The translations under genes and the position numbers were made by a program. The notes below the pieces were generated by a model. That model made no database searches, was not told the origin of the DNA, and saw nothing but the letters and a program-made list of their open reading frames with translations. Of a stretch of 64,000 bases of DNA, positions 41,042 to 50,611 are shown one piece after another. How positions within the stretch are numbered: position 1 is the stretch's first letter; the number at the start of each line of letters is the position of its first letter. Source of the DNA: an uncultured Gammaproteobacteria bacterium (lineage in GTDB: Bacteria; Actinomycetota; Acidimicrobiia; Acidimicrobiales; Aldehydirespiratoraceae); assembly GCA_964196195.1 (NCBI GenBank), contig CAXMSE010000039.1, positions 66,329-130,328 on the forward strand. Direction: 5' to 3'.

Positions 41042-41827
41042 GTGCTATCGACAAAACACGGACCGAATTCTACGATCGCTGCGGTGCCTCCCAAGTCGAT
41101 CGGCGCATCTGGCCACGACGTGGTTCGCTATGGAGATGCGTCACCCCAGTTCGCCAACCTCACCCTCCCCCCCGGGGATGGACCCTTCCCGGTGATCGCA
41201 TTCATCCACGGCGGCTTCTGGCGTAATGCCTACGACTTCACGCTGGCCGAGCCCCAGGCCGCCGACGCGGTGGCCCACGGCTACGCCGCATGGAATATCG
41301 AGTACCGCCGAGTCGGCGATCCCGGAGGTGGATTTCCCGGGACCCTCGACGACGTGGCCGTAGCGGTGGATCTGCTGGCCGATCTCGAGGCACCACTCGA
41401 CCTCGACCGGGTAGTGGTGGTCGGCCATTCGGCCGGCGGCCATCTGGCTCTATGGGTGGGTCAACGCGAGCAGCCGGCAGTCACTCCGGTTCTTGTGGTG
41501 GGCCAGGCCCCCGTGGCCGATCTCGTCGCCACCGCCGATCTCAGCGGGGGAGCGGTGGTGGAGTTCATGGGGGGCAGCGCCGACGAACTGCCCGACGCCT
41601 ACGCTGTCACCGACCCCCTCCGGCTTCTGCCGGTGAAGGTTGCCCAGCTGATCGTGCACGGCGACACCGATGTCATCGTGCCGGTTGAAACCGTATGTGA
41701 CTACGTGAGAGCGGCCGGCGACGGTGTGCTCTTTCGGGAGTTCGTAGAAACCGATCACTTCGATGTGATCGACCCCAGCCACGAGTCGTGGCAGTTTGTG
41801 CTCGCAGCAATCGAGGAGAGGCAATGA
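41042..41827 (+). CDS. Alpha/beta hydrolase (esterase / arylformamidase-like)
   Basis: Oxyanion motif FIHGGFW, nucleophile elbow GHSAGGHLA, and a C-terminal HGDTD...DH. The start is uncertain (GTG 41042 or GTG 41084). The stop overlaps the next start (ATGA). Confidence 0.75.
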   Translation: MLSTKHGPNSTIAAVPPKSIGASGHDVVRYGDASPQFANLTLPPGDGPFPVIAFIHGGFWRNAYDFTLAEPQAADAVAHGYAAWNIEYRRVGDPGGGFPGTLDDVAVAVDLLADLEAPLDLDRVVVVGHSAGGHLALWVGQREQPAVTPVLVVGQAPVADLVATADLSGGAVVEFMGGSADELPDAYAVTDPLRLLPVKVAQLIVHGDTDVIVPVETVCDYVRAAGDGVLFREFVETDHFDVIDPSHESWQFVLAAIEERQ

Positions 41828-44800
41828 CTGATCTGGCCGCCTACACACTCGCCGACCAGTTCGGCTCCGAACAGGGGCGGGCCACCCTGTCGGGTGTCCA
41901 GGCGATGGTGCGCATGGTTCTCGACCAGGTTCGAGCCGACGGGCGGGTCGGCCAACGTACGGGCGCACTCATCGCGGGCTACCGAGGATCGCCGGTCGGG
42001 GGTATCGATGCCGCCTATCTGCGAAATCAGAGTGAGCTCGACGCCAACCAGGTCCGGTTCATCAACGGCGTCAACGAGGAACTCGGCGCCACCATGGTGT
42101 GGGGATCCCAGCTGGCCAGCAGGCACGAGGCCCCTCTCTACGACGGCGTACTCGGACTCTGGTACGGAAAGGGTCCCGGCCTCGACCGGGCCGGCGATGC
42201 CATCCGCCACGGCAACCTGTGCGGCACGGGCCGTACCGATGGTGTGATCGCGGCGGTGGGCGACGATCCGGCGTGCAAGTCGTCGACCCTGCCGTCTGCT
42301 TCCGAGCACTCCATGGCCGACCTCGCCCTCCCCACTCTCTATCCGGCCTCCGTGCAGGAGATCCTCGACTACGGCCGTTACGGCTACGAGCTCTCCCGGG
42401 CCTGTGGAGCATGGGTGGGTATGAAGATCCACACCGATGTGGCCGACGGCTCCGCCACCGTCAATTTCGACCCTCGACGGATCGAGCTCGCCGGTGTGCC
42501 CTTCCTGGTCGACGACGATCCGTGGATGCAGACGGTCAACGATGCTCTACTCGCCCCGTTCTCGGTGCAACAGGAGAACGAGGCCTTCACGGTTCGCCTC
42601 GACGCAGCCCGGCACTTCGTGGCCACCAACCGGCTCGACCGCACCGTAGGTGCCACCGATGCCTGGCTCGGCATCATCGCGGGGGGTAAGGCCTACCTCG
42701 ATGTTCGGAGCGCCCTCACCCAGCTGGGTATCGAGTCCGACGCCGACCTGGTCGGTGCAGGGATCCGGATCTACAAGCCGGCCATGATCTGGCCCCTGGA
42801 ACCCGCGGGCCTTCGCCGGTTCGCGTCGGGCACCGCCACCATCGTGGCCGTCGAGGAGAAGCGGGCGTTCCTGGAGGACCAGGTCCGCAACCAGCTCTAC
42901 GGGTCGACAGATGCTCCGGAGGTAATCGGTAAGTTCGATATCGAAGGCCGCCCTCTCGTTCCCTCCGCGGGGGCGCTCGAGCCCGATCAGCTCGTCGAGC
43001 CGCTCCGCCGCCTGCTCCAGCCCCGACTCGGCTCCGATCGGCTCACTCCGAAACGGGAGCGCATCGCCGTCTCGGCCGTGGGCAGCACCCTCCCCAGTCG
43101 CACCCCGTATTTCTGCTCCGGGTGTCCTCACAATCGATCGACGAGGGTTCCCGAAGGTTCGGTGGCCGGTGGCGGAATCGGTTGTCACGGAATGGCCCTG
43201 CTGATGCCGGGCCGCGCCACCGGTATCACCCAGATGGGCGGAGAGGGTGCCCAGTGGGTCGGCTTGTCGCCGTTCGTGGATGAGGCTCACCGCTTCCAGA
43301 ACCTCGGCGATGGCACCCTGGCCCACTCCGGCATCCTGGCCATCCGCCAGGCAGTGTCGTCGGGGGCCAACATCACCTACAAGATCCTCTACAACGGCAC
43401 CGTGGCCATGACCGGAGGGCAGGATGCCGCTGGTGAACTGGCCGTGCCCGAACTCACCAGAGAACTCGATGCTGAAGGTGTGGCACGAGTGGTGGTGGTG
43501 GCCGACGACACCGAGAAGTACGCATCCGACGCCTGGTTCGCTCCGGGCACCAAGGTCGTCCACCGAGACAAGCTTGACGACATCCAGCTCGAATTACGTG
43601 AGATGCAGGGCACCACGGTGCTCATCTACGACCAGGGCTGTGCAGCCGAACTCAGGCGAGGCCGCAAGCGGGGTCGCATCGAGCGCCCCACCACCAGGGT
43701 GTTCATCAATGAGGCGGTCTGTGACGGCTGCGGTCATTGCGGCGAGATCTCCAATTGCATCAGCGTGCATCCCGTCACCACCCCGTTCGGCCGCAAGACC
43801 CGCATCCATCAGGAGTCGTGCAACTTCGACCTCACCTGTCTCGGCGGAGACTGTCCCGCCTTCATCACCGTCACGGTGGATGAATCGGATTTGTCCGCCG
43901 GCGAACACGGTGCCCCGCTTGGCGCCACGGTGGCGGCCTGGCCGATGCCGGCCGATCCGGTTGTGCCCGACGAGGCGTCGCTCCTCATTGTCGGTATCGG
44001 CGGTACCGGGGTGGTAACCGTCAACCAGCTGCTGAATACAGCGGCCCTCCTCGACGACAAGACGGCCTCCAGCCTCGACCAAACTGGTCTGGCCCAGAAG
44101 GGCGGACAGGTGGTCTCACATCTGCGCATCGGCCCCGACGCCGACGTGGGCTCCAGTCGCCTGGCCGAAGGCAGCGCCGACGGCTATCTCGTTTTCGACC
44201 TCGTGGCCGGAGTGTCGCCGGTCAACCTGGCCCGCACCGCGTCCGACCGAACCACTGCGGTCGTGTCCACCTCGAGGATGCCCACAGGCCACATGGTCAC
44301 CAAGCGGGCTCTCGCCGACTTCCCCGAGGTAGAGGCTTTCCGAGATGAGATCGACCGCACCACGCGGGCCGAGTCCAATCAGTGGGTCGACGCTGAGGGG
44401 ATCGCCACGAGCGTCTTTCGATCTCAGCCCGCCGCCAACCTCATCGTGCTCGGCGTCGCCTACCAGAAGGGACTCGTGCCCGTGAGCGGTGGAGCGATCG
44501 AAAGGGCGATCGAACTCAACGGCGTCGCGGTGGAAATGAACACCGAGGCGTTCCGGCTCGGTCGCCGTCTCGCGGCCGATCCTGAGCTCGCAGCCGAGAT
44601 CGAGATCGACACCCCGACCACCGAGTCGCCCCCTGCCCTCTCCGCCGCCCACAGTGAGCTGCTCGCCAGCATCGACACCGACGAAGCCCTGGCCGAAACA
44701 CTCGCATGGCGAATCCCGGAGCTCGTCGCCTACGGCGGCAGGAGCTGGGTCGCCCGCTACCTCGAAACGGTGGGGCTTGTGCGCCGTGCTGAGGTGGCAG

Positions 44801-45312
44801 TGCCGGGCCGAAGTGACCTCGCCGACACCGTCGCCCAGCAGCTGTTTCGGCTCATGACCTACAAGGACGAATACGAGGTCGCCCGCTTGCATCGTCGGCC
44901 CGGACTCGCCGAGGAGATCAAGGGTCGATTCGGCGCCGGCGCCAGTTTCACCTACCAGCTCAAGCCCCCGAGCCTCGTCAAGTTCGGGATCGACCGCAAG
45001 ATCGGGTTCGGACGCGTCTCTTCGGCGCTGGCTTTCGTCCCCCTAGCCCGGATGAAACGGATGAGGGGCAGCCGCCTCGATCCCTTCGGTCGTAGCGAGG
45101 AGCGCCGTATCGAGCGCGACCTCATTGTCGAATACGAGAACCTGGCGCACGAGCTGGCCGGTTCGTTGAGCGTCGACAACTACGAGCGAGCGGTCGACAT
45201 CGCCGGTCTGGCCGACCAGGTCCGGGGATTCAGCGAGGTGAAGCTCGCCAACGTCGCCCGCTACCGAGGTGAACTCTCAGAAGCCAGGAAGGGCTGGGGT
45301 CGGCCGGTCTAG
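41824..45312 (+). CDS. Indolepyruvate ferredoxin oxidoreductase family protein (fused alpha/beta, 2-oxoacid:ferredoxin oxidoreductase)
   Basis: 1,162 aa from ATG 41824. CSGCPHN, the ThDP-type GDGTLAHSG, and the ferredoxin-like CDGCGHCGEISNC...CLGGDCP are present. Confidence 0.85.
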   Translation: MTDLAAYTLADQFGSEQGRATLSGVQAMVRMVLDQVRADGRVGQRTGALIAGYRGSPVGGIDAAYLRNQSELDANQVRFINGVNEELGATMVWGSQLASRHEAPLYDGVLGLWYGKGPGLDRAGDAIRHGNLCGTGRTDGVIAAVGDDPACKSSTLPSASEHSMADLALPTLYPASVQEILDYGRYGYELSRACGAWVGMKIHTDVADGSATVNFDPRRIELAGVPFLVDDDPWMQTVNDALLAPFSVQQENEAFTVRLDAARHFVATNRLDRTVGATDAWLGIIAGGKAYLDVRSALTQLGIESDADLVGAGIRIYKPAMIWPLEPAGLRRFASGTATIVAVEEKRAFLEDQVRNQLYGSTDAPEVIGKFDIEGRPLVPSAGALEPDQLVEPLRRLLQPRLGSDRLTPKRERIAVSAVGSTLPSRTPYFCSGCPHNRSTRVPEGSVAGGGIGCHGMALLMPGRATGITQMGGEGAQWVGLSPFVDEAHRFQNLGDGTLAHSGILAIRQAVSSGANITYKILYNGTVAMTGGQDAAGELAVPELTRELDAEGVARVVVVADDTEKYASDAWFAPGTKVVHRDKLDDIQLELREMQGTTVLIYDQGCAAELRRGRKRGRIERPTTRVFINEAVCDGCGHCGEISNCISVHPVTTPFGRKTRIHQESCNFDLTCLGGDCPAFITVTVDESDLSAGEHGAPLGATVAAWPMPADPVVPDEASLLIVGIGGTGVVTVNQLLNTAALLDDKTASSLDQTGLAQKGGQVVSHLRIGPDADVGSSRLAEGSADGYLVFDLVAGVSPVNLARTASDRTTAVVSTSRMPTGHMVTKRALADFPEVEAFRDEIDRTTRAESNQWVDAEGIATSVFRSQPAANLIVLGVAYQKGLVPVSGGAIERAIELNGVAVEMNTEAFRLGRRLAADPELAAEIEIDTPTTESPPALSAAHSELLASIDTDEALAETLAWRIPELVAYGGRSWVARYLETVGLVRRAEVAVPGRSDLADTVAQQLFRLMTYKDEYEVARLHRRPGLAEEIKGRFGAGASFTYQLKPPSLVKFGIDRKIGFGRVSSALAFVPLARMKRMRGSRLDPFGRSEERRIERDLIVEYENLAHELAGSLSVDNYERAVDIAGLADQVRGFSEVKLANVARYRGELSEARKGWGRPV

Positions 45313-46610
45313 CCGGCCTCTGAGTGGGTCACGGGTTGTTCGCCCATCCACTCCCGCAAGGTGTTCTTCAGCTTCGTCTGCTGGATGAACAGATCCTGTT
45401 CGGCATCATGATCGCCATCCGACTGGGGCGCCTTCAGGTAGAAGCTCAGCCACTCCTGCACGCCGGCCTCGCCGGCACGTGTGGCGAGATCCATGAACAG
45501 GGCCAGGTCGAGCACGATCGGTGCAGCGAGGATGGAGTCTCGGCACAGGAAATCGATCTTGATCTGCATGGGGTAACCCATCCAGCCGAAGATGTCGATC
45601 GCGTCCCAGCCTTCCTTGTTGTCGCCACGCGGCGGGTAGTAGTTGATTCGCACCACATGATCGATGTTGCCGTAGAGATCGGGGTACACGTCGGGCTGGA
45701 GGATCTTGTGGAGAACACCCAGTTTCGATTCTTCCTTGGTCTTGAAGTTCTCCGGTGCGTCGAGCACCTCGCCGTCGCGGTTACCCAGGATGTTGGTGGA
45801 GTACCACCCTCGCAGGCCGAGCATGCGGGCCTTCAAGCCAGGAGCGATCAGGGTCTTCATGAGGGTCTGGCCCGTCTTGAAGTCCTTGCCGACGATCGGC
45901 ACGCCGCGGGTCTGGCTGAGTTCGATCATGCACGGCAGGTCAGTGGAGAGGTTGGGTGCGCCGTTGGCGAAGGGAACCTCGCTTTGGAGCGCGGCATACA
46001 CGTAGATCTGCGACGGTGAGATGTTGTCGTCGTTGTCCTTGAGGCCCTGTTCAAAAGTGGCGACGCTCTGGTGCACCGCCGACGCCTCCTGGAATGCTTC
46101 GGTCGAACCGCACCACACCACTACGAGTCGGTCGCAGTCGTTCTCGATGCGGAAGCGCTCGATGTCGGCCATGAGGGCCATGGCCTGATCCCATTTGTTG
46201 GTCTCGGCCTTCACGCGGGTGCCTTCGAGGCGGCTCACCCACTTCTGGTCGAACACGGCATCCATGGCCACGATGCCCTCGAGTTCGCTCGAGATCGGGG
46301 CGAGGTCGCGCTCGTCGAGCACTCCGCAGGTTCGGGCTGCTTCGAGTGCGTTCGCCGAGATCGGGTCCCAGCCGCCGAACACGATGTCGTCGAGCGAAGC
46401 CAGTGGGGCGAAGTCGCGGATGAGGGGGTTGTTGTCGTCCTCGAGGGTGCCGAGCCGTATGTGGGCCATCTGGCTGACCGACCCGAGCGGTGGAACGCCA
46501 TTCTGACGGGCGGTGAGAACGCCGGCGATGAAGGTGGAGGCCACGGCACCGAGTCCCGGGGTGAGGACCCCGAGCTTGCCTGTGGCGGGGGCGATGTTTC
46601 GTGCAGTCAT
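45309..46610 (-). CDS. ino1: myo-Inositol-1-phosphate synthase
   Basis: 433 aa. N-terminal Rossmann GLGAVASTFIAGV, plus STNILGNRDGEVLDAPENFKTKEESK and WMGYPMQIKIDFLCRDSILAAP. Confidence 0.8.
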   Translation of the reverse strand: MTARNIAPATGKLGVLTPGLGAVASTFIAGVLTARQNGVPPLGSVSQMAHIRLGTLEDDNNPLIRDFAPLASLDDIVFGGWDPISANALEAARTCGVLDERDLAPISSELEGIVAMDAVFDQKWVSRLEGTRVKAETNKWDQAMALMADIERFRIENDCDRLVVVWCGSTEAFQEASAVHQSVATFEQGLKDNDDNISPSQIYVYAALQSEVPFANGAPNLSTDLPCMIELSQTRGVPIVGKDFKTGQTLMKTLIAPGLKARMLGLRGWYSTNILGNRDGEVLDAPENFKTKEESKLGVLHKILQPDVYPDLYGNIDHVVRINYYPPRGDNKEGWDAIDIFGWMGYPMQIKIDFLCRDSILAAPIVLDLALFMDLATRAGEAGVQEWLSFYLKAPQSDGDHDAEQDLFIQQTKLKNTLREWMGEQPVTHSEAG

Positions 46611-46618
46611 GGCTGAAT

Positions 46619-46642
46619 CATAAGAAAGTCAACGCGCTTATG
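46619..46642. promoter_or_regulatory. Interrupted dyad CATAAG-N12-CTTATG in the ino1/LysR divergent intergenic (LysR-box candidate)
   Basis: Seen in the 60-nt A/T-rich spacer between the ino1 start (46610) and the LysR start (46671). Confidence 0.35.
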
Positions 46643-46670
46643 CACGTTGATGAAGAATATCTGAACTATT

Positions 46671-47534
46671 GTGCGAAGGGTGAGCCGATCTCTCCCCGAC
46701 CTGTCGATTCGCCAACTCGAGTACCTCGTGGCGGTGAGTGAATCACCCAACTGGGCCGCCGCTGCAGCCGAGGTCGGGGTGTCGGCCTCGGCCCTCTCCC
46801 AGGGTCTGGCCGAGCTGGAGAGGCGGGTGGGTGTGCCCTTGTTCGACCGGGAGGGTCGGCGCCGGGTCCTGAGACCGGGAGCGACGGAGGTCCTCGCCCA
46901 TGCCCGCCAGGTGGTCGCCCTCACCGGAGATCTCGCTGATTGGGCCGACCGCACCCGTACCGGCCGGGGAGGGGCACTGAGGGTGGGAATGATCGATGCC
47001 GCAGCGGTCGGTCACTTCCCAGAGGTGTTGCGCCGCTTTCGAATCGATCATCCCGAACTCGAATTCCGCCTGCGGGTCGCTCCCTCGGCCCAACTCCTCG
47101 ACGAGTTGGAATCGGGAGAGCTCGACTTCATCGTGTGTGTCGAGCCGATCGAGCCCCGTCGAGGTGTGGTGCTCCAGCACCTTCTCGGCGAGGACCTCGC
47201 CGTATTCACCCCTGAGGGTCGGCCCGCGGGGCCCCCGGCATCGTGGGGGCCCTGGGTTCTGTTCGCTTCGGGATCACACACCAGGGCGGTGATCGACGGC
47301 GCTCTTCGTGATCTCGGTGCGCCGATGGAGATCGTTGCGGAATCGAATCAGCCCGAGGTGTTGAGGGCGATGGTGGGTCTCGGCGTCGGTTGGACGGTGC
47401 TTCCGGTCGTGCAGGCCGGCTCCGAATTGGGTGATGGCCGGGTGATCGCGTCTCGCCATCTCTGCACCGCCACTCGCGAAGGCTCCGCGCCGCCGCCGGC
47501 GGCCGTGATGCTGGAAGAACAGCTCCGCGCCTAG
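46671..47534 (+). CDS. LysR-family transcriptional regulator
   Basis: 287 aa. The N-terminal wHTH is LSIRQLEYLVAVSESPNWAAAAAEVGVSASALSQGLAELERRVGVPLFDR, followed by a substrate-binding domain. Confidence 0.9.
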   Translation: MRRVSRSLPDLSIRQLEYLVAVSESPNWAAAAAEVGVSASALSQGLAELERRVGVPLFDREGRRRVLRPGATEVLAHARQVVALTGDLADWADRTRTGRGGALRVGMIDAAAVGHFPEVLRRFRIDHPELEFRLRVAPSAQLLDELESGELDFIVCVEPIEPRRGVVLQHLLGEDLAVFTPEGRPAGPPASWGPWVLFASGSHTRAVIDGALRDLGAPMEIVAESNQPEVLRAMVGLGVGWTVLPVVQAGSELGDGRVIASRHLCTATREGSAPPPAAVMLEEQLRA

Positions 47535-47565
47535 GCTCGCCGCGTCGTCACATCCAGGAGACAAA

Positions 47566-48042
47566 ATGAGCAACGCAGCCGCCGCATATGAGATCCTCAA
47601 GGACACAGTCGGCAACGACGAAGGAGCCGGAGACTGGTTCCAGATCACCCAGGAACAGATCAACCAGTTCGCCGACTGCACCGTCGATCACCAGTTCATC
47701 CACCTCGATGAGGAGCGGGCTAAAGCCGAGACCCCCTTCGGGGGAACGATCGCTCACGGCCTGCTCACCCTGTCGATGCTGGTTCACCTCAGTTCCACGG
47801 TCCCCAGCGACACGCCGCCGCTCGCCGGGGTGATAATGGGCATCAACTACGGCTTCGACAAGGTGCGCTTCATCAACCCGGTCAACTCGGGTAAGCGGGT
47901 ACGCGCCCTGAGTACCGTCAAGTCCGTCGAACTCAAGGGCAGCGCCATCGATAGCACCCGCACCTTCACGATCGAGATCGAGGGAGTGGACAAGCCGGCC
48001 ATGGTGGCCGACTGGATCGGCCGGATGGTGTTCGACTCCTGA
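47566..48042 (+). CDS. MaoC-family (R)-specific enoyl-CoA hydratase/dehydratase
   Basis: 158 aa with a GGAGA RBS. The hydratase-2 motif region is IHLDEERAKAETPFGGTIAHGLLTLS. Confidence 0.85.
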   Translation: MSNAAAAYEILKDTVGNDEGAGDWFQITQEQINQFADCTVDHQFIHLDEERAKAETPFGGTIAHGLLTLSMLVHLSSTVPSDTPPLAGVIMGINYGFDKVRFINPVNSGKRVRALSTVKSVELKGSAIDSTRTFTIEIEGVDKPAMVADWIGRMVFDS

Positions 48043-48077
48043 GGCGAACGCGCCGACTCCCGCAGCGAGCGATTCTG

Positions 48078-49640
48078 GTGAAGGCCCGCCTCGGCTCGAC
48101 TTTGGTGGCCTTCGCCTTGGCGGCCGCGGCGTGTAGCTCCGATGCGAGTCCCGAGTCGGTGCCCCCTCTCGTCACATCATCCACTATTACGACGCCTACA
48201 GCGGTCGACGCTCCGGACGAGGGCGACGGGGCCGGCGACGGATCCGATCCCGGCGAGGTGGTGGCAGCTGATATCAGCCAGGTCGACTGTCCGGGCGCGA
48301 TCGCGAGCGAGCTGATGGCCTGCGGTTCGGCTCTGGTGACCATCGACCGAACCGATCCGACGCCAGGTGTTGTCGAGATCACGGTGGCCACGATGCGAGG
48401 CTCCGATCCCGCCATCGACACACCTTTGGTGGTGCTCCAGGGCGGGCCGGGCGGGGCTAGCAGCGATTTCGCGGCCTGGTTCCCCCAGCGACCGTTCACC
48501 CAGGTGTTCATCGATCAGCGAGGCACCGGATTCGGCAGTGTCGATTTCGACTGTGGAGAGTACGACGCCGCGATCATCGACATCCTGGCCTCGGAGGCCT
48601 CCGAGGCCGAAGAACTCGGCACCGACGCTCTCGATGCCTGTGCCCGACGACTCGATGCCAGCCCCCTCCTCGATACCGCGAGCACCCGGAATCATGCCGA
48701 CGACGTCGTTTCTGTGATGCGCGGCCTCGGCTACGGGCGCTACGTGGTCTATGGGGTGTCGTATGGGAGCACGATCGGCCTCGAGCTGCTGAGAGCCGAG
48801 CCCACCGGCATCTCAGGCGTCGTGCTCGACGGCGTCTATCCGCCCGACATCGGGATCGACGAGGCGTTGGCGCGATCGGCCACGATGGCGCTCGACACGC
48901 TGGCGGGGGCGTGCGCCGCGAGCGAGATCTGCTCGGGCTACACCGACGATGTGGTGGCCACCACCGAACTCCTCATGGCGCGGCTCGACAGGGAGCCTCT
49001 GGTGGTGGGGCTCAGCACTAGGGAGACGGGTTTCGCCGAGCCCATCGATGTCGTGATCGACGGCACCAGGCTCGCCGAGCTCTCCTTCCTGCTCCTCTAC
49101 AGCGAGGCGAGGCTCCGTTTCCTGCCGGCGGTGCTGGGAGGCATCGAGGCCGGCGACGAATCGGCCGCTCGGTGGCTGGCGAATGTGGGGGCTCGAACGA
49201 TGGTGTTGTCCTATGCGGCCAACGATGAGGGCACCTTCTTTGCCGTGCAGTGCAACGATCGCCTTCCCTTCACCGACGGCCCGGGAGATGATCTGGCTCC
49301 CTTCCCGGCGGCGATTACATCGGCTCCGATCATCGAGTCGTGTTCCTCGTGGGATCAGCCGGGGGCTGATGCCATCGCTGGATCCTCGGTGAGTTCCGAT
49401 ATCCCCACCCTGTTGCTCTCCGGTGAGTTCGACCCGATAACACCGGCGGCCTTCGCGGAGGCGACCGCAGCGAGGCTGAGCAACGCCACTGTGGTGACCC
49501 AGGCGGGGAGAGGCCACGGGATTTGGATCGGAAACGACTGCATAGGCTCGATCGTTTTCGACTTTGTGTCAGATCCCGGCACAAGCCTCGACACCTCCTG
49601 TGCATCCGAGGGCGTGCCCGTCGATTGGGCGAAGCCCTGA
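48078..49640 (+). CDS. Secreted alpha/beta hydrolase (tripeptidyl aminopeptidase/S33-like lipoprotein)
   Basis: 520 aa. The N-terminus MKARLGSTLVAFALAAAAC is lipobox-like. QGGPGG, the elbow YGVSYGS and a C-terminal GRGHG are present. Confidence 0.8.
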   Translation: MKARLGSTLVAFALAAAACSSDASPESVPPLVTSSTITTPTAVDAPDEGDGAGDGSDPGEVVAADISQVDCPGAIASELMACGSALVTIDRTDPTPGVVEITVATMRGSDPAIDTPLVVLQGGPGGASSDFAAWFPQRPFTQVFIDQRGTGFGSVDFDCGEYDAAIIDILASEASEAEELGTDALDACARRLDASPLLDTASTRNHADDVVSVMRGLGYGRYVVYGVSYGSTIGLELLRAEPTGISGVVLDGVYPPDIGIDEALARSATMALDTLAGACAASEICSGYTDDVVATTELLMARLDREPLVVGLSTRETGFAEPIDVVIDGTRLAELSFLLLYSEARLRFLPAVLGGIEAGDESAARWLANVGARTMVLSYAANDEGTFFAVQCNDRLPFTDGPGDDLAPFPAAITSAPIIESCSSWDQPGADAIAGSSVSSDIPTLLLSGEFDPITPAAFAEATAARLSNATVVTQAGRGHGIWIGNDCIGSIVFDFVSDPGTSLDTSCASEGVPVDWAKP

Positions 49641-49745
49641 CCCTCACGGTTTCGGGGTTTTTCCCACTCTTGGGGACGATAGGTGGTGCTCTTAACCCAG
49701 CGGGGTCGAAAGTGATGTCACTTAGCCACGCATCTGGAGACCCCC

Positions 49746-50588
49746 ATGAAACGCATTCTCATGTCACCACCCGCCATCGCCTTGGCGATTCTCGGCCTGG
49801 TCGGCGCCTTGACAGTCGGCGCCGTTGCCCTGCCCGGCCCCCTGCTCGACGACAATCCATCGACACCAGGCGATGTCTCCGGCCCCTGCGATGAGGCCGA
49901 GCACGCCAATGACCCCCGCTGCGCAGACATCGAAGTCTCGACCCCGGACGCCTCGGCTCCCGATGCCGAGTCCAGCTCGACCGACGACAACCCCTCATCG
50001 CCTGGTGATGTTTCAGGTCCTTGCGATGAGGCCGAGCACTTCGATGACCCCCGTTGTGCAGGCACCGATGTGCCGGCACCGACGCCCACGACCCCTGTGT
50101 CCGCAACTCCGGCCGATGGAATGGTTACCGCCGGCCCGGCAGGAAGCGTCGCCTATTCCTTCGACGGCGCCAGCTTCACGGTGGGTGAGGTACTCGTCGA
50201 AGATGGCTGGACCGCCATCGTCGAGCAGGCTGGCGGCCTCCAGGTCGAGGTCAAGTTCCTCAAGGGCACAGTGCGCATCGATGTTGAGGTCGAACTCGAA
50301 CATGGGCAGGTGAGGGAGCGGGTTCGCACCCGTGATGAGGCTGACGACTCCGAGACTAGGGTCGAGAACGGCATCGTGACGCGAAGCGACGATGGCTCGG
50401 ATGATAATTCCGGGTCGGGTCGTGGCTCCGACGATGTTGATGATAATTCCGGGTCGGGTCATGGCTCCGACGATGTTGATGACGACTCCGGTTCGGGTCA
50501 TGGCTCCGATGACTCTGACGATGCTGATGACGACTCCGGGTCGGGTCATGGCTCCGACGACTCCGGAAGTGGTTCCGACAACAGCTGA
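49746..50588 (+). CDS. Secreted repeat protein: duplicated DDNPSxPGDVSGPCDEAEHxxDPRCA motif, central beta-rich domain, acidic SGSGHGSDD repeat tail
   Basis: 280 aa with a GGAGA-N6-ATG start. Signal/TM segment is PPAIALAILGLVGALTVGAVA. See the repeat features below. Confidence 0.75.
   Translation: MKRILMSPPAIALAILGLVGALTVGAVALPGPLLDDNPSTPGDVSGPCDEAEHANDPRCADIEVSTPDASAPDAESSSTDDNPSSPGDVSGPCDEAEHFDDPRCAGTDVPAPTPTTPVSATPADGMVTAGPAGSVAYSFDGASFTVGEVLVEDGWTAIVEQAGGLQVEVKFLKGTVRIDVEVELEHGQVRERVRTRDEADDSETRVENGIVTRSDDGSDDNSGSGRGSDDVDDNSGSGHGSDDVDDDSGSGHGSDDSDDADDDSGSGHGSDDSGSGSDNS
49848..50060 (+). repeat. Two 78-nt (26-codon) direct repeats, 49848-49925 and 49983-50060
   Basis: The copies encode DDNPSTPGDVSGPCDEAEHANDPRCA and DDNPSSPGDVSGPCDEAEHFDDPRCA. 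They differ mainly at synonymous positions. Confidence 0.85.
50400..50564 (+). repeat. Four 39-nt tandem units (13 codons; DD(N/D)SGSG(R/H)GSDD(V/S)), with a 9-nt spacer before unit 4
   Basis: Units lie at 50400-438, 50439-477, 50478-516 and 50526-564. Units 1 and 2 differ at a single nucleotide. Confidence 0.85.
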
Positions 50589-50611
50589 GTCTGCCGACAC
50601 TCCACCACCCG

